Below are positions 47,479-60,901 of a stretch of 64,000 nt of DNA, piece after piece. The position numbers were made by a program, and so were the translations under genes. The stretch covers positions 62,001 through 126,000 of the forward strand of contig LN717261.1 of NCBI GenBank assembly GCA_001244265.2, in the 5' to 3' direction. Under the pieces are notes generated by a model. It saw only the letters and a list, made by a program, of their open reading frames with translations, was not told the DNA's origin and did not search any database. How positions within the stretch are numbered: position 1 is the first letter of the stretch; the number at the start of each line of letters is the position of its first letter. The stretch is from Microbotryum violaceum. Lineage: Eukaryota.

Positions 47479-48904
47479 CGGTGATGGAGCGAGCGAGTGA
47501 GAGATGGGTGTAAACTGGTGTGAAGTAGATGAGGGAAGGAAGGCAAGGCGTCGCGTCTCCTTTCACCTCGGCCACCTGCGTTGGGGCTGTTCGTAACAAG
47601 GGGTGCAGGGCCCGTGCTTGCCCACAATTGAGACAAGCTTTCCTGTCGTTATCCCTGAAGCTCTTTAGCTATAGAGCTGAAGGTAGGTTCAGATGCCGAT
47701 CCCAGTTGCCTGACTTTTGTGCAAATATTGATCTGACCATGGAATCCAGATTTAGCACAACTTTTCTTAACCTTGTGCCATTGGCCATGAGCGGTTTGAG
47801 TGTACTTGTTGCCACCGCCTCTAGTTCTTGAGCATTTCTGAACATTCTCTCTCACCTCGCATTTGGGTCTAGAGTTGAGTAGAAACATCCCGTCATTCTT
47901 CCGTTTAGTGGAATCTTCAAAGTCACGAACAAGCCAACCCCCCCAAATCCAGTACCGTCCCCACAATGTAAAGCGAGTGATGAGAAAGCTACCAAGAGTA
48001 AACAGCCGCGCGGGAAGAAAGCCCCGCGCGCTCCCTAACTTAAACAGATCAAACTCCAATACCAACGTGACTAATGATTAAACGCACGCGCATCCGCGCA
48101 GATACCACAGGCACAGACACATATCAAATGACACAGTTTCTAGTCTCAGCGTCGTTCTCTCGTCCCGTGTGACGCTCTCGAGCCGAGCCCCTTTCCAGGG
48201 ATCCGCCTCTCCGCCTCTCTGCTTCACCCCCTTTGCTCAGCTGCCAGACTCAGGATGCCGTCAGGTGTGACTAATGACTCACACCTCAAAAGTAATTTTA
48301 GACCACAAGTCGTACCATTTGTAAGACAAGTATTTCGTGATCCAAGATCATGTGCCCACGCCGATGACTAGTAGAGTCTAGGCAGGCTCTTACAATATTC
48401 TCGGTCGTAAACTGGCAACTGGTGTTGCCAGAGGCACTCCCTCATCAATACAGTCATTGCTTAGCTGTAAGCCGCGTAGTGGGCCACTGCGACATCAACG
48501 GTGACCTAATAAAAAGCCCTATCTTCAACGTAAAAGTCGACCCGCCCTTTCGGCAAGAGGGAACGCGAACGCGGGAGACATGATGTCTGAGCGGGATCAC
48601 TGTCGACGACCGTTGTCTCCCTTGGTGTTGCACCCTTCTCTTTTTCCCTACTCCTTCCGTCCGACATTCATCTGGATCTTAGTTCGCTACTTTCTCTTCC
48701 CACCTGTTTTTTTCGTTTGTCCCTTACAATTTGTACTCGCGTGACATCGCGTTTTCTCGTATGCAATGACGCATCGCCTTTATTGGGTTGAGGCTTGGAT
48801 CGATTACGGCAAGCACTTGCTTCCTCCACAAGCATCAAAAACTGGGCAACGGGAGTGCTGAGTGACTAATAGTCAATGCATTTCAACCACGCTTACGAGT
48901 GCTC

Positions 48905-51442
48905 CTAATCGTCATCATCATCTGTATCCTCCCCGATACCGGGAAACCCACCCGGCAAACCCCCTTGACCAACTTCCCCACCCCCCTGAAGCATCGCCAA
49001 TTCATCCATCAACTCCCTCCTCAACTCGTCATTTATATCAATAGCCCCACCTGCCTGTCCGATCCCCAACAAAGCCGCCAATTGAGCAGCGAAACCACGC
49101 GCCGCTGCACCACCTCTTTGCGCTTGTGTCCGCGTCGCATTTTGTTGTCGGATGCGTTTACCGACCGAGGTCGAATGGAGTACTTGGAAGTAGTCGTCGG
49201 AATAGTAAGTTACGTTGGGGCCTTTGGGGGGTAAAGGATCGTACGAATACATTGCTTCGCCATTCGAAGTGACGCTCGGTGGGAGGTAGGGGCGTAATGA
49301 GGGGACGTCGGCGAGGTAGAGGGCACGGATAATGCCCTCAGGGGCTTGATTCGTCTTCCATGCGTGTTGCGCTGACCAGGCTTTCTCACTAAACACGACG
49401 TTGGGGTTCGACAGGTCGTTCAGTGAGGAGACGATCGAGGAGGCTGTCGAGGTGAGCCAGGACAGGAGAGAGGGATCTTTCCATAGGGGTGAGGATCGGT
49501 GCGCATAGAGTGAGGCGAGCAAGGAAGTGAGGTAGGAAGGGTCGGTCGTATACGATCCCGATATTTGCGCTCGTGGATGCGAGATGAGCGCAGGGGGGAC
49601 GTTGCCGCCGAGCGTCGAGAGGAGCAGGGGCACAACGGCGGGGAAGCGGAGGATCGCCGAAGCGAGAGCTTTCGTCGCAACGGAATCGGAAGAGGTCTCT
49701 TTGGGATGCAGTTGGCGCAAGCAGAGCGCCTTGGCGTACGCCAGACCGGGGTAGAGGTCGACCTGGCACTCGGGTTGGTTTGGGTACACTTTCGGCAATT
49801 CCTCGAGCAGACTGAGGAGCCATTCGTTTTGCCCCGACTTGGGCGCGAGAAAGTCGAGGAAGCACAGCATGCCCATCGGGTCCATTCCACCACTGCACCC
49901 GAGCGCGATCTTGGCCCATTCGGTCGCAGTCCTCCATGTTCCCCGTTTCGTCTGGATCGCGACGTTGCGCGCTAGTGCGATGAAGAAAGCGCGGTTCTCG
50001 ATGCGATTGTACGACAGTCGGAAAGAGCCGGAAGTAAAAGACGGTGGGAGTGGGGCTGACATGGCGTACAATGCGCGCGCGAGGTGCTGCGAGGAACCCG
50101 TGAGATCGCCCTGCTGGTTCAGCATTTCGGCAAGTTGGAGATGGGTGTCGATGTGATAGGGCTGAGATTGGAGAATTGAGTAAAGTCGGTTTCCATCGGC
50201 TTGTTGGAGCACTGCAGGCGATGGGCATGTATCGTCAGCGAGTCCGAGGTGGGTGCTAGCGAGCCGGATGAGGGCCCCACCTTCCAAAAAGCCCATCTGC
50301 GCGATTTTGTACTCGGGCGTATGGACATAAGTCCACCAATCTCCAGATCGGTCATTTTTTGCTTCGGATCCGACGTAGGTCTCCAACTTGAGCACACCCG
50401 CAGCGGGTAACCAGCCGGGTTCAGGATTGGCGAGGTACGATGCGGTGCGCTTGATCGAAGTCGAGTGATGCGGGTTGTTCGCGAAGCGGGCATGATGCTG
50501 TGATCGAGGCGCCGGTGCAGTATGTTGGATCTGATTTCGACAAGATGAAGGGTAAGCATGATTCCAGCGCACACCCTCAACGTGCAGTCGCATCGAGAAC
50601 TCGCAATTTTGGACCCGAAAAACTTCCTCAGCTCTGCATCACCATCGAGGAGCTTGGTGTCGAATGAGAAAACGCCCTTGATGGTTTCGAACCGCTTGTC
50701 GAGCTGTGAGTTCTGTTGTTGGGCCTGTATGGCGGCGAGTGATGGCCCGCCTTTGGATGCGAGCTCGGCCAGTGCTCGGTCGATCTCGTCGAGGTCATCG
50801 GGATTGCTTTTGGGTGTCCCTGCGGCGGGTTTGGCGCCATTCTTCTTCTTGGTGGATGCCTTTTTGGGTGTCGATACCGACACTGTGGGTGTGACGGGTG
50901 CTGTGCTATCGTCGGTATCGTTCATTCCTGTTGTACTTGGTGCTGCTGCGGCCGACAGCTTGCTCTTTTTCTTCTTCTTCTTGTTCTTGCCCTTCTTCTG
51001 CGCCCATGCGATGTATGATCAGCTAAAGTGAGCTATGAGGCACTGCTGAACGTGGACCTACTGCTGTACCAGCTGCGATCGCGGTGAAAGGCTCGTCATT
51101 GGCGTCGTCGTCGTCGTCCGGATCATCATCACCGTCCCCCAGGTCGAGCTGTAAAGCATGCAGCGAGGATTTCAACACACGAGCTGCATTGTCGAGTAGC
51201 TAATAGCTCCTAGACCTACTCACCGCTGCAAAACCAGCCGTCGTCCGGCCCAATGCTCCACTGTTCGCGATCGCAGCAGCGCCAGTGTCGTCATCGTGCT
51301 TCTCCTGCCCGACCTCGTCCTTTTCACTTGACGAAGCACGCTCACCATCGTCGCCGAGATCGGTATTGGCGACAGCAGAGGCGGCGAGATCGTCCAACTC
51401 GGCTTGCTCGCGCTGCTGGCGCTTGGAAAGCCGGGGTGGCAT
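48905..51442 (-). CDS. RQC1: Ribosome quality control factor Rqc1/TCF25 family, multi-exon
   Basis: LDGDAELRKFFGSK, L.QPYHIDTHLQLAE, RALY, LSYNRIENRAFFIAL, RGTWRTATEWAK...DPMG...LDFLA, PGLAYAKAL: the TCF25/DUF654 pattern. Confidence 0.88.
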
Positions 51443-52152
51443 CGGTGCAACGCTGCTCGATCCGGTCCAGTCGGTCGAGTCGAGCTGAGGTGAGTCAGGT
51501 CCAGCGCGGGCAGAGGGCAGGCACGTGCTCAGCGGCAGTCAGCGGCAGTCAGCGGCAGTCAGCGGCTGGCGCGGCTGGCGGCTCGTCTCGAGAAAGTGTT
51601 TCCTTGACTTTTGGCCCTCAGTCGGTAGAGCACCTGACTCTTAAAGCTCAAAAAGCCCCCCCTTTGAAATCCATCAATTGAAATAAGAACTCCGACCTCC
51701 TGACCGACCTGTTCGTCTCGCCGGAGCTCAGGCTCACACAGGTGTGCATTCAAGCCATTGCTTCGCGGCCTTTAAAAGCAAACATTTGATTTTTACTACC
51801 GGAGCAAAATGTTACGGTATTGTCCAAGCGCAGCGCTGGGAACTTTCATCACTCAAAAGTCCGCTCCCGGGTATCGTCCTTCTTCCGGAATCGGCCCGTT
51901 GTGGATCCCGTCATCCTCCTCGTCTTTTCGACAAAGAGAAGGCCATAAAATTCATGTAGTTGCAGACGCAAAAGCTATGCATGCATCGAGGAGGGCGCCC
52001 GAGCTTACCTAGTCCGTGCTATATAGGGTCGGCGTCCAGACTCCCGAGATGCCCCATCACGATTCGAAGCGAGCGAAGCGTTTCGGACTTTTTTTAGATT
52101 CTCGAAATAATGTTGACAACATGACAAAGGGTGTCCAACGCTCGCACTCTGG

Positions 52153-54237
52153 CTACCTAACCACAACAGCGACCCAGTTCTGTAGCCGCTCATCCTCCCG
52201 CGGCTGTTCGGTGTCCCTGGCCAATCGCAACAAGCTCAGACTCCTCCTCTTGAGCTTCTTCGTAAAGCCCTCACCCCCGTTCTCTTCCCAACTTTGCGAG
52301 CCTCCATGACGACCCAAAAAGCTCCATCTCGACGAGGCCTTACTTCTCCCACTATATCCAGTCGCATAGCTCATCCTGCTCGCCGATCGGTTCCCTGTCC
52401 AGCCCTGTCCCCACATTGTGCTCACGTCATCTCGGTCCTCCTCTTCGTCCTCCTCATCGTCCTCCTCAACCCTACCGAGCGCAGATCGTGTCGTATTTCT
52501 CGACGAACTCCTTTCGATCGGCCCATCAACAGCTCCCCATTTCTCCCTCCCCTTCTTCCCCTTCACACCACTCTTGGCCTTAGCTTCCAGTCCAAAGCTC
52601 GGCGTGATCAAATCCCTCCATCCGACCCTCAAACCCATCGCCTGTTCCCTCGGTGTATGCGGCGCGGGAAGGTTCTTCAAGTCCCATGTAAAGAGGCTAC
52701 TCTCGCTGTTCTTGGTCCTGAGATTCTTATCGGGTGTAGCGCGATGGTTCCAGTGACTCGGCGTGAGAGGGCGAAGGTGTTGCAGGAGTGGGAGATCGGA
52801 TTCGACTCGAGGAATGGATGGGGCCGTACGAGGATGGTGAGAAATGGAAGACAAGTAGGATGAGAGGTATGTCGAGGTACAAGACGTCGGGAAAGGGAGT
52901 GCGGTGGGGTCGTCGGGCAAGTACGTCGACGTCAAGGGAGGCAGGGTCGGTCGCTCCACTTTGGATTCGGCATCGTCGTCAACGTCCTCTTGAGTTTCGT
53001 CATCGTCGTCGTTGTCGCATTCAAATTGAGCCCCCGCACTCCACGATCTCAGTTTCAACGGCGATCCAAAGAACGTGCCAAACACAAGAGCTTGGTCCTC
53101 TTCGTCCTCGTCGCGCGTGATTGTTGCGGACCCTCGCCGCTTGCACTGCGGTGGGGAAGGGGTTGGTGCCGTTTCGTAAAGGCGCGGGGGCACCACGCCT
53201 ACGCTCGTTTTCTTGGTCAGACTTGGCGGTGTATCTAACCGAGTCAGTTGGACAACATCAGCTCGAAGGACCTGACCTTGCTCGGTGTCGTCCTCGCGTG
53301 TGTGGACGTCGTCGGACCCTTCGTCATCGGTGATCGAGGCTTGGTCTGCGTCAGCACGTAAAGGGACCTCGAGTCGCGCCCCAGCATTCGTGTTCGACGA
53401 TTGCCACAGCATAGGACCCAGTAAGGTATCGAGAGAAAGTCTGGGCTTGGGTGTTCCTTCGTATTTGTGGCGTAATTCGTCCGCCCACTCTGGCTCGACC
53501 TCGACCTCGGTGTCCTCATCCTCGAACGTCTTACCCCCAAAACCACTCCAAACGCTACCTAACCAGCTCATCCTTTTCCTCCTTTTTGTCGTGTTCGAGC
53601 TTTTGGATGAGCCCAAACTGCCGATGGTCTTATGTGACGAATCCGAAACGGTTCTTCGCTGATCGAGGTTGGAAGCAGAGCTGGGCCATTTTGACTGTTG
53701 TCCGTGAATACGGTCCCGTTCCAAAGATGCGATCGAGCTCCAAATCGGATCGTTGGACTGTACTGTACCTATGCTGCTTCGTTTCGATGGGTTCTTGGAT
53801 GTTAGAATCGCTTTGGCGACAGAGGGCAGGTCCATTGATCTCGATGCCGGCAATCTTAGATCGGGTTGATCCTGCGAAATGTGAGCCAAATTAAAGCTAC
53901 GGGTAGTAAGAGCGAGGCTTTATCGAATGAATACACTCACGAGAATGGAGTCCGTGACGTTGTTGGACCCATCTCGACGAACATCTTCCCTGTGGGGTTG
54001 CTGTAAGAACGGCTTGGAAATGACCAACGACTTGATGGCTGTTGCACTTGGGTTTTGACCCTGCCACCTCGAGGTGTTGGTGATGTTGCCCAAAACGGTG
54101 CGGGACTTTTGGGGCGTCGAGCCTCGCAGGTGGGGTTGCTGGTGTCGGCTGGGCTGTTTAGGTGCACCGTGAGCGAAGACGGACGTCGAGGACGGTGGTC
54201 GAGCGTCGGGGCTGGTTGCAATGACGGCGCCAGTCAT
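52153..54237 (-). CDS. Hypothetical disordered Ser/acidic-rich protein with an N-terminal D-box-like motif
   Basis: Exon 54237-53941 (…RTVLGNITN…) joins in phase 0 via gtgagt...tcgcag to the 578-aa ORF at 52153-53889. Confidence 0.7.
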
Positions 54238-56778
54238 GTTGTGAGGAGTCTACTCGAGTTCAAGACGGGTCTACGTCAGTCGATAACATTGTACGCCACT
54301 ATGGTTGCTCAGGAGCAGCGTTACGTGGTAGATGGTGTCGATCACGTGAGATGTATGCACCAGCAGCGACCTCCGCCGCCTGCGAACTCCGCACGCACGA
54401 TCACTCAACACCCCGCATGGGTCTGCTCGAACGTGCTCTCGACAGGTGACAGACACTTACAGTGGGGTGATACAGTACAGAACCACACTTAAATACAGTG
54501 GTGGGCTCGTGAAAGACTGGGGGGTAAATGAGCGAGCCGTGCGGGATCAAACTCGGGTCAGGGGCGTTGTTGATAGGCAGCGACGGACGGACGCGAAGAG
54601 GAGCGCACGCTCGCTCACGACCGGAGGCGCGTCGGGCGAGGTCGGGCGCTGTCGGGCGTGGCTGAGCCTGGCTGAGCGCTGCTGAGTGAGGCTGAGGAGA
54701 GCTCCTTCGCCCCTGTTTACTCAAAATTGGATTCTCTCGTTTCCAGTGAGGTTTTCGGTCCCGCCCGCCTGCCCCATGCAATGATTTCTTTTCACTTGTT
54801 TTTTCTTTATGGTTCCTACACAGATCCTTGGATTGGTCCTCCCCTTTTGCTCGACGCCCGGCCCGCTCCACCAATGTGATAGTGTCACTTCGTGCTTCGA
54901 GATCGTACTCACGGTATTCTACTACTCACCCTACTGAGACCGACACATCAGTGTCCCCCACCGCCGAAGCGCTAGGATGAACTTTCGGTTGAAAGGTCCA
55001 GTCAAGCGTGCCGAAATGGCTCAGTTGGGAGAGTCCGCCTGCGAGTGATACAGACCAGGAGGGAAAGAAGAATGGATTGAACTTCCGATGGTTTGCAGTG
55101 GCAGCTGAGCTGATGATCGACGTCGATCCGCCCCCCTGCGGAATTTTCCGCTTGCATCGAATCGTACGTAATACATGATCTTTCCATGTCTTTTGGTAGC
55201 CAATAGCAGCGATATTCAATAGAGATCGGAGCTCGCCTGAATTTGTGCAGCCCCCCCCCCCCCCCCCGCCGATTGGCGTCTCTTCTCTGGGTAAGCTACG
55301 CAGTGGCGCTGCTTTCAAACCTCGGACTGCTGATTCGTGACATCTTTCTTCTCCGCTCGTGACGAGCACACGTCCTGCAAGGTGCTGCCAGCTGTTCGCT
55401 TTCAATGGTTCATGAATTTTCCGAGATTCATAATCCTTGAACGCGATTCTATTGCTCACTGGAATCCAGAAACCGATGAAAGTTTGACCGATCCAACGCC
55501 GACGGGGTAGGAAAACAAAATATCCAATGTGGCAGGAGGCCATCACGATCCAACAACAAAACGGAGAGAGTGCGGAAACCCAGAGCTTGACAAGGAAAAG
55601 ATTAACGGTCTAGGCTGGATATGATCTGATGAGACCGATGTGGCGAAACAATGGGACTACGGTGGGACAGATTCGCGAAGGTTCGTTGTTGTCCTAACAC
55701 GCCATGGGCGATCATCCCGAACAGCTCCATTCGATCTTTATCCAAGGCCTGAACAGCCCCATCTGATCTATATTCAAAAACCGGTCACGAGCAACTTTCG
55801 GATATCAGTGGTAACGAGGAACATGATACGCTAATGCAGCGCTGCTGACGAGTTTGTGCAGGTCAAGGAAAGAAGCTTTCGTCCCAGCCCGGGATGCAGG
55901 CCGTGACGCGAAACGCACTCAGGAGACTAGCAAGGGGAGAAACAATGCCCAAGAAGATTCGAAACACACAGAAAACGAGTGCCAGGTCAGCTTCGATGTT
56001 GTCTGGAAAATTCTTTACCTGAGAACAAACGAATCCTTGCAAGAGATCAAAGTCTTCCAGGCTGCCCCCCCCCCCCCCCCCTTTCCTGGACCACACTGCA
56101 CGGCCTCAGGTGAAAGAATTGGATTTAGATAACACAGTAGTCATATCACTACCTAACGCCTGAGATTTACTCTGTAACTCTACATTGGTGTCAAAATCCG
56201 GTTCAGCCAGCCCTTCTTCTTCCACTCTCACCGTTCGGTCCATCGGTCCGTCGGAAGTTCACTGGATTAGGCTCTGTCTTTGTTCACGCCTACGTATATG
56301 AGACACCGAAGTCCCAAAGTGTGCCGAGAGCGCCTAATAGGGGACACGTTTTCCGATTGGAGTTGTCTTGTCGATCGCCAAGAGTGCCTTGTCGTCGATG
56401 CCGCAAGCCCCGATCAAGGATTTTATCGATCAAGCATTTTGTTTGTACTTACCACCGTTGCTAGCCTTGACCGTTTGGAATGATGATTCTGGTGTCAGGA
56501 TGCCGGATTTGAGAGTGTGGATTCTCACACTTCTGAGGGTGCGAGCACCGCCGACGGTTGTCGGCCGAACTGAGACACGTGGCGTAGGTTAGGGGCGACG
56601 CAGAAAGTATCTGGCTTTTGTAGCTCTTGCCGGCGCAGGGATGCACGCGGCTTGATCCGGCTTGATACGCCAGACGGTCAGAGGAAGAGTCTCGTCAATA
56701 TGAAGCAGAACGAGCGCACGCAACCGTTCGCTCTCTGTTCTGCTTCATACTCGTCTCTCCCTCGATCCACTATCGACG

Positions 56779-57603
56779 ATGCTCTTCTTCATTTCTTCCA
56801 TCCGCTGTGCCCTTGCCGTGGGCTTGGGATTGCTATACTCATTAGCCAACGCCGCCACTTTTGACTATCTCTGTAGGCGCGAGGCGGACGTAAATGTGAG
56901 TCCATATGCTTTGAACAGAGTCCACGAACCATCTGCGATCACTGGTGCCTCTTCCGCCGGGTTACGGCTAACCAACCCTCTGCCTCACCTCAAAAATCGC
57001 AGACGAGACACCCCGGGGTCTTTGGCGACTGCAAGATTTTGTGGCGAGACGCGGTACACACTCGGGGATGGGCAGCCATGAGAGTAGGCTTTACAATTCT
57101 TACTGCTTGTGTTCAAATCATGAATGGTTCACGCAATACTTGTTCTGCTTGAATGATCGTACGTTTGCGCCTAACGGTCGGCGGCCTCGCCTCAGCCTGA
57201 GGCGTCAATAACCTGATCCTAGTCACACGTCCAAAACCAACGCCGTTTGCTGACTACGTGCCACCTTCTGTTCAGACGCTCAAAGGCTCGATTGGATCGC
57301 AGGGGATGAAGCCCAACGATGCCAAGACTGCAAGTCTACTCACGGCAGTGAGTCAACAGCGTGATTTGTTTATACATGACTTGCCCGATGGTGTGCGGAA
57401 ACGCCTTATAGCGTTATATGTAGCCCCTGGAGTAGCTAGAATCATCGAGTTCCAGTCACGACTTGCTTTGGGGCTGACGGTCGAGAACGACAAATTATAT
57501 CTAAGCATATTAGAGGAGCATACCTTACAGCTGGTCTTGTCCTGGGTATACCAGTACTGACCAAGTTGTTCCTGAACATTGATTACTAGCGGTTGGATGT
57601 TGA
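56779..57603 (+). pseudogene. Small secreted Cys-rich protein family 2, copy C (1-nt frameshift in exon 2, or assembly indel)
   Basis: Exons 56779-56895, 57003-57158, ~57276-57347, 57590-57603. Exon 2 is 3n long versus 3n+1 in paralogs, so DCKILW and YCLCSNHEWF..YLFCL lie in different frames. Ends TVGC*. Confidence 0.7.
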
Positions 57604-59181
57604 TCGGCGAGGAAATGAAGATCGCATCAGCAACTTCCTCGTCCCCCGACTGTCATCACTTTCATCCACCAAGCTTCTCATCATTGGCACCCTTCTTTCG
57701 TCCTCGATTCGAGCCTCCCTTTCATTTGTGCATTTCCTCTCAACCTCGCTATCATCCAGGTTACGGCCTCGTCAAGTTTCCTCGTCGTTTGGTCTTGGCC
57801 TCTTCATTTGTTACACGTTCACCTTGATCAGAGTACACACTTCGCAAGTGCATTTTACCTACCTGCCCATTCCCATTCCCAGCCCGTTCAATTTCATTTT
57901 TCCCACAATATTCTGTCTCCATATCCTGAGACGCGCGCTTGAGGTCATCTTCAGAGTTATGCTGCCCCTATCCTCCGTGAGGCCGTTCGAATTCTTCTCC
58001 GACGAGCCAAAAACAACCCTCACCGCGCGCCTTTGAGCTCATATGAGCCTGATTCAATAAATACGAGATATGAAGTCGAAAACTGTATGTACATGTCATT
58101 GAAAAAGTCGTCGCAGAAACCGGAATAAGCTGATTGACGGCGATCGTGTTCGATCCAGGGGGGTCGACGCAGCGGCGGGGAAACACGTGCCGACTCCTTA
58201 CCCCCACCCCCCCCCTCAGACGCGGCTCAAATATTGGGGAAACAATGCCCCCAAATGACGAGACACGAAGTTGCTCCCGTCGCGAGGGTCCTTTTCGAGA
58301 CCTTTCGAGAGAACCGCTACTAGGTTAGATTTATTTAGCCAGCGGACTCGGGACTCCGACGGGGCCTCCCGTTTGGCAGGTATCATTGTGAGTTTTGAAT
58401 TGTGTTCAAAGCGCTAGATGAGCGCAGTTATGGGATGAGAAAACAAAGCGGTCAGAATCAACATGCGGGTCACCTGGGTCAGTACGACGGGATTAAGTGG
58501 TGTTCGGAGGCGCAAGACATTTTGGCATGTGGAGGTGACACCGATGCGCGAACATGCTTGTTCTGTAAGATTATTTACTCTAGAGGCAGACCACCCTAGC
58601 CGGGCGGTGCGGATCAGACTATGGGTTCCGTACGATTCGGGTTACTGCGTTTCGAAGAATGACGGTCGTCAACTTGAAGAGGAGGGCCTAGTATTAATTT
58701 GGAAGTTGAGCGTGTCCGTCGGTTCATGAATCAGTTCGATGATTCGGCACTGCAGGTGGTCATACATAATTCATGGAATCCTTTGACGAAACCACACGAA
58801 TTCGCCAGAAAGTGTATTGCTCGCCAAACCCCTATCTCAAATAATCGTCACGCCGGTTTTGACGGTCGTTCGTGTGCCAATCCCCATGTTCAACGGCGTC
58901 TGGGTGGTGCTGCTGAATACGCCGAAAACGACCGACGAGGTGGGATTAAGGCCGCCCAGTGGGGACACCAGTACTGTTTGATAGGCACTCCCGGCCAGAT
59001 GAAACTTGCAAGTGCGCTGAGATGGTATGATGAGCCCACCACGATTGATTTTGGTTGAATAAGCTCGGGGTTACCGTATAAGATACCACCCCAACAATAC
59101 ACGACAACAACAAATAAGAATCGGCTCCTCTCCCTTCCGATCCCTTTCGCCTCCAACAACTTGAAAGCGCCGTCTGGTTTT

Positions 59182-60341
59182 CTAGAAATCTCCACCCCCA
59201 CCGAAATCGTCGCCACCTGCACCGAAATCATCTCCCCCTCCGCCATCCTGGTACCCATCCTGATAAGCCTCTTGTTCATCATGATTGTTGTCCATGTTGG
59301 AGAGGCCCGCGCCTAGCAGACCACCGGCGAGGAGGCCTCCGCCCATCATCATCATCTGGTTCGATCGAAAACGGACAATGTGGAGTCAGCTTTCCTCTTC
59401 TCTCTTCTAGAGCAGTGGAAGCAGTACACGGTCAAGACGTACAGGATTCATACCACCCCCGGTCCTCCCCCACCACCCATCATGCCACCGCCCATCCTGC
59501 CGCCTTGACCACCCATATACCCTCCCTGTTGCTGAGGATAATAAGCCTGTTGTTGTTGCGCATACGCTTGTTGAGGATAATACGCCTGCTGTTGTTGTTG
59601 GGTCTTGCCTCCTCCGGAAAACTTGGAGAACAAACCCCCCAATCCTCCCTTCTTTTGCTGTGGTGGTGGAGGCGAGTTAGCGAATCCGGCTCCGGCTCCG
59701 ATGGGGGTAGTAAGGGGGATGGGCGAAGCTTGACCATAGCCTTGTTGAGCATATTGAGTTTGTTGGCCGTATTGTTGTTGGGTATAAGGACCGTGGTCTC
59801 GATTGTTGACCGCGTTCGATGAAGGAGGAGGTGGTCCGGGAGGTGGGGCGTAAAAAGTTTGGGATCGTTGAGTTTCGAGGTAGGTAGGATCGTCCAAGGG
59901 GTGAGTCCAGATCGATCGTGGAGGGGTGGCCTGACAAGATAAGCGGTTGTGTATAGGGAAGAGGAGAGCGTTTCGAGCGAGAGCGGAGTGTGGCCGTGCC
60001 AAGCAATTCAAGACGGGTGCAGTGGGGGAGATGGGTGGCACGTCAGCTTATACGACTGCATGGGTAGCACTATTCCTCGCCTCGAAAAACTGACCTTTGT
60101 ATCAACCCAAAATGACCTCGAGTGCCTGTACAGAACCAAGAATCAACATCGGTTGGTCTGTTCGCCACCACGCTCAGACTGGCTGAGCCCGTCGCCACCA
60201 GCCAGCAGCAACTCACGCCTGATCGAACTGGGCGATCCAGCCTTCCGGCAAGGGACGATGATCCCCCTCCGCACCAGGTGGACCACCTCCTCCGTAGCCA
60301 CCTTGCTTTTGGTCAGTCTGATAGTCCGGTTGATAGGACAT
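59182..60341 (-). CDS. WW-domain Gly/Gln/Tyr-rich protein (Wwm1-like)
   Basis: Spliced translation MSYQPDYQ...RPLPEGWIAQFDQ|..FWVDTK|ATPPRSIWTHP...YAPPPGPPP...QQAYYPQQ...GGGLLAGGLLG...YQDGYQDG..DFGGGGDF*. Confidence 0.85.
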
Positions 60342-60369
60342 GTTCGCCAGTTCCCAAGAGACGGGGCGA

Positions 60370-60452
60370 GTGTGACGTGTGACGTGTGACGTGTGACGTG
60401 CGACGTGTGACGTGTGACGTGTGACGTGTGACGTCTGACGTGTGACGTGTGA
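60370..60452. repeat. (GTGTGAC)11 heptamer array
   Basis: Ten TGACGT units plus one CGACGT at 7-bp period. Confidence 0.95.
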
Positions 60453-60901
60453 AAAAAAGAGTGGGAGAGTAATAAGCGATGAAGGCTGTCTCGGGGAACT
60501 GATTACGGCTGATTATTACGGCCCGGGTTGGCACTTATTAGCGTCGCCACGGCTGCCGGAAGCGCCAAGACTTGGCCATCTCCGACGATCGAATTGATCG
60601 GGAGGTGATATCTACCGAGTGCAACTCCTCTTCTTCGTGGGCGATCATAATGGCAATTGGAAATACAACGGTATTTTGTGGCGTTTACACATAAGCACCT
60701 GCCTAACAACTTTGGTCCGGTGCGATCCTCGGCGCTCCCGGGCCCAGCAACGATCTCGGAGATGGGGTCTGACTCTGGGGCAGGTCGGACTTGGCCGAGT
60801 ACAGCCCCTCAAATGCTTTTATAGTCTCAGTAAATTACAGTCGTCTCCTCAACTTCAATCCTGTGCATTGAAACCCCCTTCACTACCCTAATCCCCTCAC
60901 G

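Noticed and set aside
54926-56132. ORFs crossing poly-C tracts (GGGGGG / PPPPPP)
   Set aside because: Low-complexity read-through in intergenic DNA, with no homology or splice support.
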